Source: Octopus bimaculoides
Lineage: Eukaryota
Length of the DNA: 64,000 nucleotides
Assembly (NCBI RefSeq): GCF_001194135.2
Contig: NC_068998.1
Location: 22,545,069 to 22,609,068, forward strand
Direction of reading: 5' to 3'
The notes under the pieces were generated by a model. The model did not search any database. It saw only the letters and a list, made by a program, of their open reading frames with translations, and was not told the DNA's origin. Shown in pieces: positions 27,432 to 38,700 of this stretch (the first letter of the stretch is position 1; every line of letters starts with the position of its first letter). The position numbers and the translations under genes are program-made.

Positions 27432-28776
27432 TATACATACATACATACACGCACACAGAAACACACATACACACATGTATGTATATATGCATGTACGTAT
27501 GTGTGTGCGTGATTATGCATTTTTGTGTTTATTTATGTTTATCAGATGCATTTGGTCCGGTGACGCCAAAAGTGATTTAGTTGAAGAGTGAAATCAGCTA
27601 TCTTGACGCGGAAATCTTGTATTGTTTCCAACTTTTTTTTTCCTTCCAATTTAAAACATTGTGTACTATTTTGTTGACACTGAAATATTGCGGTTCCTTT
27701 TATTCTTAGCATTAACGTAGCTTCATTTATAGATTTTCTCTAAAATTAATTATAATAATCTTTCCATAATTTTAATCAATTTACACAATATTTTTTGTAT
27801 TTTAAATTCCATCTAATTTCTGGATTTTATCTAACTTCTCTATCTTTTCAGGTGAACATTTCTATGTATTTTTACTTTTTTTTTCTATCATTTATATTGA
27901 AAAATACTTGGCACCGATCCCCATTTACAAAACCAAGGGCAGGCACATAAAATATACCAGGTATTAAATTACATTTTCTCATGAATACGTATTAGAATAT
28001 GTGTTCGTTATTCTTGCATGATAATAGATTTTTGATTATTAATTCGTCTAATGGATCTGTCAATTTTCAAAGTGGTAATAGATTTCTATAATCATTTATA
28101 TTGTCTATGACAGTGTGACAAAGCGTGTCAATTGAAGTTGCTCATGTACAAAGTGTAGCTGATCTTCTCATTACACTTTTATCAGAGTTAAAACCAATTT
28201 AACATGCTGCTTATATGGCATTTCTCCAGGAAAAAATGGCGGTAGCAGTAGAAATATTTGGAAAGTTAATTTTTTTTACACAAGACGGGTACTTTTTCTA
28301 CAATTCTCCTTTGTCAATGTGTAAACAATATACAAACTTTACATAATTGTGTGTGGAATTTATTGACCCTAATGATCACTAAATTGTACTCTATTTAGGT
28401 GAGGGAAAATCCTGAAAATAGAGTGTCAATCAGATACTAAATTTGTTTTTTCAGACAATCTTTCAACGTTAAGTAATTAATCGTTTCAGCCCGTGTTTTT
28501 CTGCTTGCAAATATATTTTTTCTTGTTTAACAAAGTATATATTTTGTCAAATAATTTGTGGTTATGTCTTGTAGAATTTAGGATCAGAAGTTTAAAGTTC
28601 CGTAGTGTTCAGGGTTACTGTAAATAAAGATGGTTTAACTCCTAGGGAGACAGGATTATTCTCAAACTTTGGAATGATAGCTAGTTCCTTGTGCCGATGC
28701 ATTACATGCTAATTTCAAATCCTGCCAAAGTCAAATGCTTTCATCCGGCCATGGCCAAAAATGTTCGGTACCAGCC

Positions 28777-28999
28777 ATGTAATGCCGTGAATGTAATGCC
28801 GTGAATGTAATGCCGTGAATGTAATGCCGTGAATGTAATGCCGTGAATGTAATGCCGTGAATGTAATGCCGTGAATGTAATGCCGTGAATGTAATGCCGT
28901 GAATGTAATGCCGTGAATGTAATGCCGTGAATGTAATGCCGTGAATGTAATGCCGTGAATGTAATGCCGTGAATGTAATGCCGTGAATGTAATGCCGTG
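28777..28999. repeat. Perfect 14-bp minisatellite (ATGTAATGCCGTGA) x ~15.9
   Basis: 223 bp with no mismatches seen. Confidence 0.97.
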
Positions 29000-29033
29000 G
29001 TACATTCTAGCATCTCGAAAAGCAACTAAAACA

Positions 29034-29085
<52 letters not shown>

Positions 29086-29112
29086 CATTATTATTATTAT
29101 GTTGTTGTTGTT
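29034..29112. repeat. (ATT)n-(GTT)n microsatellite
   Basis: Seen directly. Confidence 0.95.
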
Positions 29113-29249
29113 TTTTTCTTCTTTCTGCAGATTTTCTTCCATTTCTTGCCGCGTGTTTTCCGTACACCTAGGGCATAGAAGCTCATTGTATGCATTCCCA
29201 GTTTACACACGCAAATTCACAGGTAAAATATGTATTGAAAAAAAAAAAT

Positions 29250-29680
29250 TATGAATGGATGTTTTCACACCGATAATGATCTTCTCAGTACATGAGTCGT
29301 TCCAGTTAACACGATTTTTTGCACTTCCTGTAGGGATGGTAGGCCTGGTATCATTTTCCAATAGGTTTCAGTACCCTTTTTTTATCATTCCTAGAGATCC
29401 TGCAATCACTGGTACAGTAGTCGCCTTGAGGTGCCACCTTTTTTTCAATTTCTATTAGCAAGTCTTTTTATTTACTGATCTTGTTAAATTCTTTCGCCGC
29501 TATATTATGATCGGAAGGAATACTCATGTCAGTTAATAAACACTTCTTCTTTGTCTGATCTTTTATAATAATATCCAGTTTATTAGCTTTTATATTTTTT
29601 TCGGTATGTACGGGGAAGTCCCAGAGAATCGATACATTTTCACCCTCAGACACAGCTTCAGGATGATGTTTATACCTTTT
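29250..29680 (-). mobile_element. Dong/R4-like LINE RLE-domain 3' fragment
   Basis: EGENVSILWDFPVHTEKNIKANKLDIIIKDQTKKKCLLTDMSIPSDHNIAAKEFNKISK, then WHLKATTVPVIAGSLGMIKKG..VQKIVLTG. Confidence 0.85.
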
Positions 29681-29703
29681 GTCAGCGGTATTATTATTAT
29701 TAT

Positions 29704-30255
29704 TGAGTGACAGAACAATTCATGCCATCAAAGTGACCCTGGACTAAAATACACGCAGCCCAGTGTACACATCATGACCACCTGCCTTACAAGATTACAC
29801 CAGACACATCCATTACAACCGTATGTGCTCGACATGGTGATCGCATACAAAGATTGACAGCAGATGAATTTGCCCATGGGGGTTCAGTTAGAATTTTCGT
29901 CGGGTTGAGTAGGCCATTCCTCACAAAAGGTCCCTACATAAGGGTAGTTTATAGAAATTGAACGAAACAACCATTTTTCCAAAAGAGAATTATCCAAACC
30001 CGAAAGAATTCCTCTTAAAGCATGACTATGATGCTCCCCCACTACGTCTGCTCCTGATCAGATATGAATATATCGTCAGCCACGAAGGTATATGCTCAGC
30101 TGGTTACGGTCAAACAACTGACAAACAAATCTATGGTATTGAGCAAAATGTTTGCTGTAGCCCATCTTTTATACCAACAGAAAACATGATAACACTTCCA
30201 TCAGTTAAGATCAGAAGCCACGAGATCGACTACATGGTACTGCATCAGGACATGA
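29704..30255 (-). repeat. Unclassified ~550-bp interspersed repeat, copy 1
   Basis: Collinear with 31336-31893 at roughly 70-75% identity by eye. Abuts an (AAT)n run on the minus strand. The orientation is inferred from that tail. Confidence 0.8.
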
Positions 30256-30384
30256 ATTGTTAATATTATTATTGTTGCTGTTGTTGTTGTTATTGATATC
30301 ATTATTATTATTAGTATCATCATCATCATCATAATCATCATCGTTGTCAGCATCATCATCTGCAGCAGCAACATTATTAAGTCC

Positions 30385-30575
30385 ATGAGCTGGCAGAAAC
30401 TTTAGCACTCCTGCTGAAATGCTTAGCGGCATTTCGTCCGTCTTCACATTCTGAGTTCAAATCCTGCTGAGTTCGACTTTGTATTTCATCTTTTCGGAGT
30501 CGATAAATTAAATACCTGTTACACACTGAGTCATTGTGATCGATCCGTCCCGTCTACAAACTTTTAGGCCCTGAA
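30385..30575 (+). mobile_element. tRNA-derived SINE (39591 family), diverged
   Basis: gagctggcagaaactttagcac..gaaatgcttagcggcatttcgtc..ttctgagttcaaatcc, with A-box-like and B-box-like motifs. Confidence 0.8.
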
Positions 30576-30742
30576 ACAAAAATTATTTTTAAGGTTGAGT
30601 GGCATATCGTCCTCTCTACATGTGTGAATTCCACAGAATCCGACTTTGATTTTCGAGGTCGATAAAGAAAAAAAAAAACACTTGTAGTCGTTCCAATAGC
30701 ATACACCCACAAAATTCCTGCCCTTGTGTAAACATTTGAAAC

Positions 30743-30793
<51 letters not shown>

Positions 30794-30811
30794 CATTATT
30801 ATTATTACTAT

Positions 30812-31180
30812 TACTAACGCTTTACCGAAGGCGGAGGTATGGTTTCAGTCGTATTTGTTTATCTTTGGACAAGATATTTCAGGAACTGCTGGGAGGATTT
30901 GGGTGAAACTTTCAGAGATGTTTAGCCTCGTGACTGGCACGAACTAATTAGACCTTAGGTTCCATCCTGTTCCGAAAAAAGAGTCTGGATAATGTTGCCG
31001 TTTTTCTTTTAATCTTTCATTTGATTTTGAGAGCGGTCGGGTAAAATTTTAGTATTCTCATTTGTGAGAGCAGTAGAGTATATTTCAGACATTCCCATTT
31101 TAAAAATCATTTCCGGCTAATCACTACGAGGACGTTAATATTGCCTTGGTGGAGGTTTCCGCTCTCTGAGTGCTCTTGTT
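30812..31180 (+). mobile_element. Probable helentron-associated non-autonomous element (HINE/DINE-like)
   Basis: Decayed 5' hairpin acgctttacc-gaa-ggcggaggt, 3' subterminal ccttggtggaggt, a short 3' stem-loop gctctctgagtgc, and a terminal tt. The classification rests on recalled family architecture. Confidence 0.45.
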
Positions 31181-31275
31181 ATCATCATCATCATGATCAT
31201 CATTATCATCATCATCATCAGCAGCAGCAGCATCATGATCAGGATCATGATCATCAGAATCATCATACACATCTT

Positions 31276-31334
<59 letters not shown>

Positions 31335-31335
31335 T

Positions 31336-31893
31336 TTAGTGACCGAACAGCGTATGCCATCAAAGTTACCTGGAGTACAAATATACAAAGCCCAATATAT
31401 CCATCATGTCTACCCGTCTGATAAGTGTACACAAGGCATATGCATCACAAGTGTATGGGTGCGATATGGTGATCTCATATCAAGGTAAACAGCGCATGAC
31501 TTTACAAATGGGGCCTAGTTAGAATTTTCGTCAGTTTGAGTAGCCCATTCGTTTCAAAAGATACATTAATAAAGTTTGTTTAAGGAAATTGAGCAAAACA
31601 CCCATGTTTCCAAAGGTGAATTATTCAAACCCCAAAGAATTCCTCTCAACACATGGCTATGATGCTTCCCTACTACTTCTGCTCATGATCAGAGATGCAT
31701 ATGTCGTCAGCCACCAACGGACATGCTCAACTGGTTACGGTCAAACAACTGACAAACAAATCTGTGATATTGAGCAGAATATTTTCTGTAGCGCATCTTT
31801 TAAAGAAAGACCAAACAATTTACATGGAAACTCCTCCGATATGTTCACATAAAAAAACTATGGGAGCCAATGCCTGGTACTGGATCAGAGCAT
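31336..31893 (-). repeat. Unclassified ~550-bp interspersed repeat, copy 2
   Basis: Shares ctggttacggtcaaacaactgacaaacaaatct, atgccatcaaagt and other blocks with copy 1. Adjacent to AAT(AGT)n on the minus strand. Confidence 0.8.
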
Positions 31894-31935
<42 letters not shown>

Positions 31936-32142
31936 GTCATCATCATCATCATCAGCATGATCATCATCATCATCATCATTAGCATCATCATATTGTCTTT
32001 GCACTCCTTCGAACGTTGAAGATGGACGAAGGTGTCAGCTGTTCACTACTAGTGAACTAAGGTAACACGCTTTATTTTTCGAGCACCATCCGGTGTATTT
32101 CAGCGATTCCTATTGTTATTATTGTTATTATTATTATTTTTT

Positions 32143-32210
<68 letters not shown>

Positions 32211-32224
32211 GTAGTAGTAGTAGT

Positions 32225-33260
32225 ATTATTTTATGTTTGATTTTTGCTTTGCATTTGCACAAGCAAGTTGGCTCCAAGTCTCACTCAGAGACCTCAAGGA
32301 AAAACCAGTTAAAGTTCAAGTTGGTGTTATTCCTAGGGTGCCATATAGTTGGTTTGGTACATAGTGTTCTTCTAGAGAATGTTTGAGAAACCATTAGAAA
32401 AGTATTTTTGTTTTAAAATTCGAGATTTCATAATCAATATTTTACGTAGAATATAGGCAGTTCCCATGAGCACTGCCTTTTGAATTTCTGCTATTTTGGG
32501 GTTTCCTTGCATCTGAGCTAGGAAGCAATCAGTCCCTTTTGCTATCATTCCTAGAGTACCTATAACAACAGGTATTGTTTTAGTCTTCAGGTTCCAAACT
32601 TTGCCAATTTATATTTAAAGATCTTTAAACTTGCTCAGTTTTTGGTAGGTCTTGACAGATAAGTTTATATCGATTGGAACAGTCATATCAATGAGGAAGC
32701 ACGGTTTTGGTTTGAAGTCTTTCAATATAATGTCTGGCCTATTTGCATCTATCTTTCTGTCAGTTTGAATAGTGAAGCTCCAGAGGAGTGAGACGTGATC
32801 ATTTTCAAGCACTAGGAGTGGTTTGTGTTCCCACCAGATTTTATCATGAGCCATGTCCAGGGTTTTGCAAATTACCCAGTGAATATATTGTGCAGCTCTA
32901 TCTTGCCTGTTGAGATACACTGTAGGCGCTAGAAAACTCCACATGGAGACAACATGGTCTCATTTTGTTCTTGACATTTCATTTAGATATTCCTTTGTCT
33001 ACCTTAACCTGTATCCCCGAACATTATCCATCCCTGAGTTATTCCAATTTAACTTTTCTGTATATAATTTTATGTTGTCCTTTACTTGTAAACTTTCCTA
33101 AACTCTCTATGATTTCCTGCAGTCAATCAACATCATCATTCTGTTCTACAAGTTCATTCCAGATTTTGCACCAAAAATCTCTGCATTTACCTGCACCAAG
33201 TACCAACGTTTGCTGTAACTACGCATCTAATTCCTGAAACAAATTCCATTATTGTACATA
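32225..33260 (-). mobile_element. Dong/R4-like LINE 3' fragment with 3' UTR and (AAT/ACT) tail
   Basis: ORF 32615-32944: QYIHWVICK..WWEHKPLLVLENDHVSLLWSFTIQTDRKIDANRPDIILKD..LIDMTVPID..KYxDL-like, then IPVVIGTLGMI..IQKAVLMGTAYILRK. The 3' UTR ends caaagcaaaaatcaaacataaaataatactact. Confidence 0.9.
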
Positions 33261-33590
33261 ATTTTATTTTAGTTGACCGTGATCGCAATTGCTCTTTACT
33301 TCAATTCTTCCAGTATCACATTATATCCTCTATCTTCTATTCTATATCTTCTTTCCGGCTTATTTTTTTTTTATAATTTCATTACGCAATTCTCCTTTTT
33401 CAGTTTATTTACTTCTCTCAAATCGCTTTATAACATTGTTCCTCAAATCTTATTCTACGACAATGCGAGTCGTTCGATCGCTTTCTTTTTTTTTGTATCC
33501 ATCTCTCTCCATGACAATCTTTGCTCCCGCCCTGATAATCGTGTTAGATTCATTGATATTTTTTCTCTATCTAGATCATTCCCAATCCTT

Positions 33591-33659
33591 GGCTTGATCA
33601 GAGCAGAGAAGGCTCTATCAGAGCAGAGAAGGCTCGATCAGAGCAGAGAAGGCTCGATC
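33591..33659. repeat. 20-bp tandem repeat (GATCAGAGCAGAGAAGGCTC) x ~3.4
   Basis: Seen directly. Confidence 0.92.
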
Positions 33660-33719
33660 GTCATCTAGTGTCTTCTCAAACTCAAATTCAAAGCAGAGAA
33701 ATAGATGGGATAAAAAGTT

Positions 33720-34330
33720 GAACCAATGTATAATTGGGAGATGGATTATAAGTAAACTCAGTAGAAGGAGTTTCTTAAAGTGCGTAAAATCAAAGGGGGA
33801 TGAAAAAGCCTTCTATGTATAATAAGCGAACAATGTTTGCCGGTTAGGCAAGAAGAATAAACACAAAAGGGAGGTTATTAACAGGCATGGAAATTGGAGA
33901 AATAAAGAGGAATGTAGTAAACAGTTATAGTGTTTCACTAGGAGAGCGCGTGTCTAGGGTGGACGGCGAACTGTTGGCATTGGAAATGTAAGTCAATGAG
34001 TAAGTGTATTGCTGGCAAATGAAGCAGAATTGGTGGGATGTCTATATTGCATGGGTGGGATGACTTTGATATGATACAGTGAGTGAGTATGACGTGTCGA
34101 TATAACAAACAAAAAAACGAGAAAAAAAATACATTCTGAGAAATGTACTTAGGTGAAAGTTCAAAGCAAAAAAAAGGATGGTGAAGCATCCAACGGACAC
34201 AGAACTCTTAGATCAACAAGAACATCATCAACAACAAAACTCCCCCAAATCAACACAAACACATAAGATACAAGTACATTACCAATTCGGATTTCTGGAA
34301 TAGATAGTGCAGTAAAGAATCGTAGGAAAA
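33720..34330 (+). mobile_element. Possible highly decayed Neptune-type PLE 3' fragment
   Basis: Fragments CLYCMGG, MTCRY and MYLGESSK fall in the order expected for the Cys linker and GIY-YIG. Many stops. Confidence 0.3.
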
Positions 34331-34755
34331 TATCCCCATAAGGAGTGAAAGGGAAAACATACTACAGGTAGTCACTTCACAGAATGCTGGCAGGAGAAAA
34401 AACTAAAAACAATACGTCTTCCAGCAATTGGAACACCACCAACATAAACAGCACCACTACCTCCAATACCCGTAGTAGGAATACCACAACCACTAGAGAT
34501 GTTACCACAACCATCATTTCGCCATAAAAGACAACACCAACATCAGTACTATAAATCGCATGATAAACGAAACCGAATCTCTCTCACACTAACTGCCAGA
34601 ACAACATGCACAAAGTGTACAAATGAAAACCATCAACAGCCACACAGTCAGTTACACACACATAGACGGAGACACAAACAACAGAAAAGAAACGAATCTA
34701 TAAGTCAATGCAAGACATTATGCAAAATTATTATATGACACAACCACATAATATG

Positions 34756-35487
34756 CCAGTAATTTAGTAGAATATATATATATAATATACTGTTGAAATT
34801 TCATAGTTTATATGACTCATCTTTTAATTAATTGATCAGATATCAATATCGACCGCACCATATGTATATGACACTAAGCACACGTCAATTAATATTAAAC
34901 AGAATTAAGGCAATATTTTGCAATAGGCAATTTCGAAGACAATTTAAAATATATGCAAATTTCTAAAAAAAAAATCACAAGTAACAGAAAATACATCACA
35001 AATTTGATGAGAATGGACTGCAACACTGATATGCAGTAGACTGGTTAGTGGTGTATTCATCGTAATCTGTAACATAAGACACACGCAGAATTATTATTAT
35101 TAATGTCGACTAGAAAACTTTCGCTCACATTCAGATATGTCGCATTCACAATACTTCTACGTAAATAGATTTGCTACTCGTTATCGAACAAGAGTAAATA
35201 TAGAGCAATAACAACATACAAACAACTTTAGTATAGATCATGTAATTATAAATATGTGTTCACATATAATAATGTTACCATGGCGTTAGTCATAGTGATT
35301 ATTTGCAGCTTTACAATAAATTAATTATTTTCTCTGCTCTTAACTTTATCGAGTCAAATGTTAATGTAATTTTTTCCAGTAATTTATTGGAAAATATATA
35401 TAATATACTGTTGAAATTTCGTAGTTTATATGATTCATCTTTTAATTAATTGATCAGATATCTATATCGACCGCAGCATATGTATAT
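34756..35487. repeat. Pair of ~113-bp direct repeats (34756-34869 and 35376-35487), 620-bp offset
   Basis: ccagtaattta..ctgttgaaatttc.tagtttatatga.tcatcttttaattaattgatcagatatc.atatcgaccgca.catatgtatat occurs twice at about 92% identity. Confidence 0.92.
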
Positions 35488-36164
35488 TAAATGGGAATTG
35501 TTTTCGAATCTCAATTAAATTTTACTAGCTTTAGTTTATAACGTTCATTCAATTTGTGCAGCATTGAAATACATTATTGATTCCGGACTTTTAATGTCTA
35601 GTTTTCATCAACGAATTGCATCGTCAATAAATTGTTTTTGTCATGTGAAGTAGAAGAGCGAATATCACCGTGTTTCTAAACGAGATGAGACATACGGAAA
35701 TTTTAAACTTGATATTACATATGCAGAATGGTTACTGGTTAATTTAGTATATACTTCCTAAAATCGTAAGTATATAATTAATGTCTATAATTTAAGAGTA
35801 TTGCAACAGAAGGAATTTAGGACGACCACCATTACTAATGCGTGTATATGTGAGTGCTTTCACAAATGTATTAAACGCACACACATACCCACTCATACAC
35901 ACACACAGATATATATTTTAAGGAATATACATGTATGTGTGGGTATGTGTAAACTTCTTTTGAAAATTAGATTTTTTTCAAGCGGATATATATATATATA
36001 TANNNNNNNNNNNNNNNNNNNNNNNNNNNNNNNNNNNNNNNNNNNNNNNNNNNNNNNNNNNNNNNNNNNNNNNNNNNNNNNNNNNNNNNNNNNNNNNNNN
36101 NNNNNNNNNNNNNNGATAGAACTACATATACACACGACAACGATTTTAATGCAGTATTGATGAC

Positions 36165-36470
36165 AACTGTCCGACGAACGGGAAACTCTGAATAACATTT
36201 CTGTGATAATGATTTTGCAGCTTTAATATAAAAACTAAATTACTCTATTTTATGTCTCAAGCTACTGCTATCTAGCACCTTCAGATGATCTCTACTCAAC
36301 CGCTACACGACTTCTACGCGACCGCTACTCAACACCCCTACCACGGCCAGACTACCTCTATTTATATGTCTTGGGAGATCCTACTTCTTCGACTGGGGGC
36401 GTCGACACAACACTCTACCTTTGGTATTCGAGTACTACATTTTCCACCTCGTGTTGTAATTATGTGCTAT
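36165..36470 (+). mobile_element. Hammerhead-bearing short repeat module, damaged copy
   Basis: aactgt-CCGACGA-acgg-GAAAC-tctga-ata-aca lacks 6 nt of stem II relative to 55068-55113. 36410-36470 matches the reverse complement of 61370-61440. Confidence 0.7.
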
Positions 36471-36559
36471 CTTGTCTACATACATACATACATATCCAGG
36501 AACCCCCTCACACACACATTAACATACTTTTCTGGTTTAACACGGCAACCAATGGACAA

Positions 36560-37150
36560 TTAAGATACAGTAGCGTTCGTGTCCTAGATGTGAACGCGAT
36601 GACATTCAAAAAGTAATTTGCACTTTCTTTTCAATATCTTGGTCAGATTATTTGGTAAGATTTGGGAACTCTTCTTCATTGAGAGTGAGAAGTTGACAGT
36701 ATGTATTTACCCACAAACTGGCGTGGCTTGAATTCATCTTGTTAGTTGGTTGACAATCTAATTCTTCAGTAAATATTTTTCGGGCAAGGCTATTCGTTCC
36801 TTAGTATCTGATTATTGTATTCCTGTCTGCAACAAGGCAACATTGTTTCTGCATGTCCATTAACCTATCCTGTTTGACTTCGGGGTTACACTTGCGAGGC
36901 AACAGTCGGTAATTGCCAATAGTTGTTTTAGCGACAGTAAAATGCAGGCTGTATGCTTGGTCAGAGTTATTCAGTCATGTATTTTATTCTACGGTATAGT
37001 GTTCCGGTCAGAAGGTACCAAAGGGCATTTTCTTTTATGTGGTTACTTCAGTATTCCCGATGAATTGTACTTGTCTAAGGATGCAGTTCAACTACAAATG
37101 CAGTTTAAAGATATGCAAAATGTATTCACAGCAAGCTGTATTTCAATCCT
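36560..37150 (-). mobile_element. Possible decayed CR1-like LINE 3' fragment
   Basis: Approximately CNPEVKQDRLMDMQKQ (compare WNPxLKKDIDKLERVQR). The similarity is weak. Confidence 0.35.
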
Positions 37151-38259
37151 GAGCTTCATTTGAATTTGCGGTTATTCACCTTCCATTAATGTTAACAATG
37201 GTTTGTAAGACGTATAAATATTATGTTTGAGACTGTGGACATCATAATTTTAAATCAATTACGAAACTTTTATGAATATTTAAACAAATTCAATGAAGCA
37301 AATTCACATTCCTTATTAGATTTCTATTTTAACTTTCACTGACAAATACACATGCGTTGATAATAACGTAATTGATATTGTTTTTCAAGTTGGGAAAATT
37401 AATGTAAAGCATACTACTTTGCTCCATCAAATGGATATATCATGCAGCGCTCATTGAAATATCTTTCATTATACGTTAAATGATTCAAGGGGAAATATTA
37501 CGGTTAACAATGTGAAACGAAAGCTTCACTTCACGTGATATTAACATTAACAACCAATAATAGGCAATATTCTTAATGCTGCACTCAGATAAATGATTTT
37601 AAATATATTTTTGTTCAATGTCCTTAAATTGCTGAGTGCCTTAAAATTCAGTGCTGAAATCATAACATGTCTAAAACCACAAACAAATGTTTAATGGTTG
37701 AGCATACGGTATTTTCTCTTAATAATGTGCTTAATAGAACGTAGCCGTTTAAGGGAAACTCTTTAATAATAAAGCTGAAATTCCAGTATCCCTCCAAAAT
37801 AACATAAGTAGATACGGCATTAATAAGCTCACACAGGAGTATTATCTAAGCTGCTCCTTAAAGCGGACGCATCTCATTATAGAATAATTGCTTAAATATT
37901 TATTCTGTTGCGAATGCATATAAAAGTTATGCAATTTGCAGGTAAGGAGTGCGTGGAAAATTCTTTCTAAATGAATATGTAGAATATATTAATACATGAG
38001 CTACGACGGGCCTGCAATCGGTCTCTGCACTGCATAATCAATGATACTTTTTCATGCCAAACACTGGTATTTTTGTGTGCGCAGGGCGAATTTGAACACG
38101 TCAACGATGTTTACCTCTCCAGTGACAAGATACAGAATATCCACCGTATTTTCTTTTCCAAGATCAGGTTTAACTGGTGAAAGTAAGGCGCAAGCAAAAG
38201 ATGACGAATGATTCCTATTTCCACCGAACAATGCAACCATTTTTTGTTACATCGCTGTT

Positions 38260-38700
38260 TCGGAGTATGTGTGGTAACCCCACCTCTCCAATCGAATTAG
38301 TACAACGTTGATTCTGATTGTGACAATGAAGCTTTGATGGACAAACTCAACGCAGCTTTTCTAGAAGTCAACGAACGAGATACGGGGAAAGTGGCGGAGA
38401 CGGTGTGCAGACAGGAGTCAATGACGTTGATGACTACAAAATCCTTACCAATGTGAATGACAGGTTACCGATCATAGAGTTTCCCAAGTTGTTACTTATG
38501 CGCTTAGCAACAATTGTTGTATTCTTATGAAACTGTGACAAGCAATTGATCACTGATGCCACGCTGAGAACTCTAACACGAAGTGTAACACGAGATAATG
38601 GTTCTCCGGAGTTGACATCTCGATCGTGATAAAAGCATTGGACCAGGACATCTCATGATTTGTCAATGTCCTAATCTTGGCTTTCTGGAACTATCCTTCG
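38260..38700 (+). mobile_element. Possible decayed L1/Tx1 RT fragment
   Basis: DVDDYKILTNV...KLLLMRLATIV (compare NxDYKILTKVLAxRL). The similarity is weak. Confidence 0.3.

Noticed and set aside
28715-29171. ORFs with HGITFTALHSRHYI repeats and poly-N/poly-L
   Set aside because: They are translations of the 14-bp minisatellite and (ATT)n.
29958-31852. Similar ORFs in both copies of the 550-bp repeat (..GYGQTTDKQI..)
   Set aside because: Codon comparison shows mostly first- and second-position, amino-acid-changing differences and few synonymous ones, so there is no sign of coding selection; the starts are TTG.
30201-32386. Poly-His, poly-Tyr, poly-Thr, poly-Asp and poly-Ser ORFs
   Set aside because: They are trinucleotide microsatellite translations.
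38052-38240. Minus-strand ORF initially suggestive of an integrase
   Set aside because: No DDE or HHCC motifs; weak LINE RT similarity on the plus strand is a better explanation of the region.
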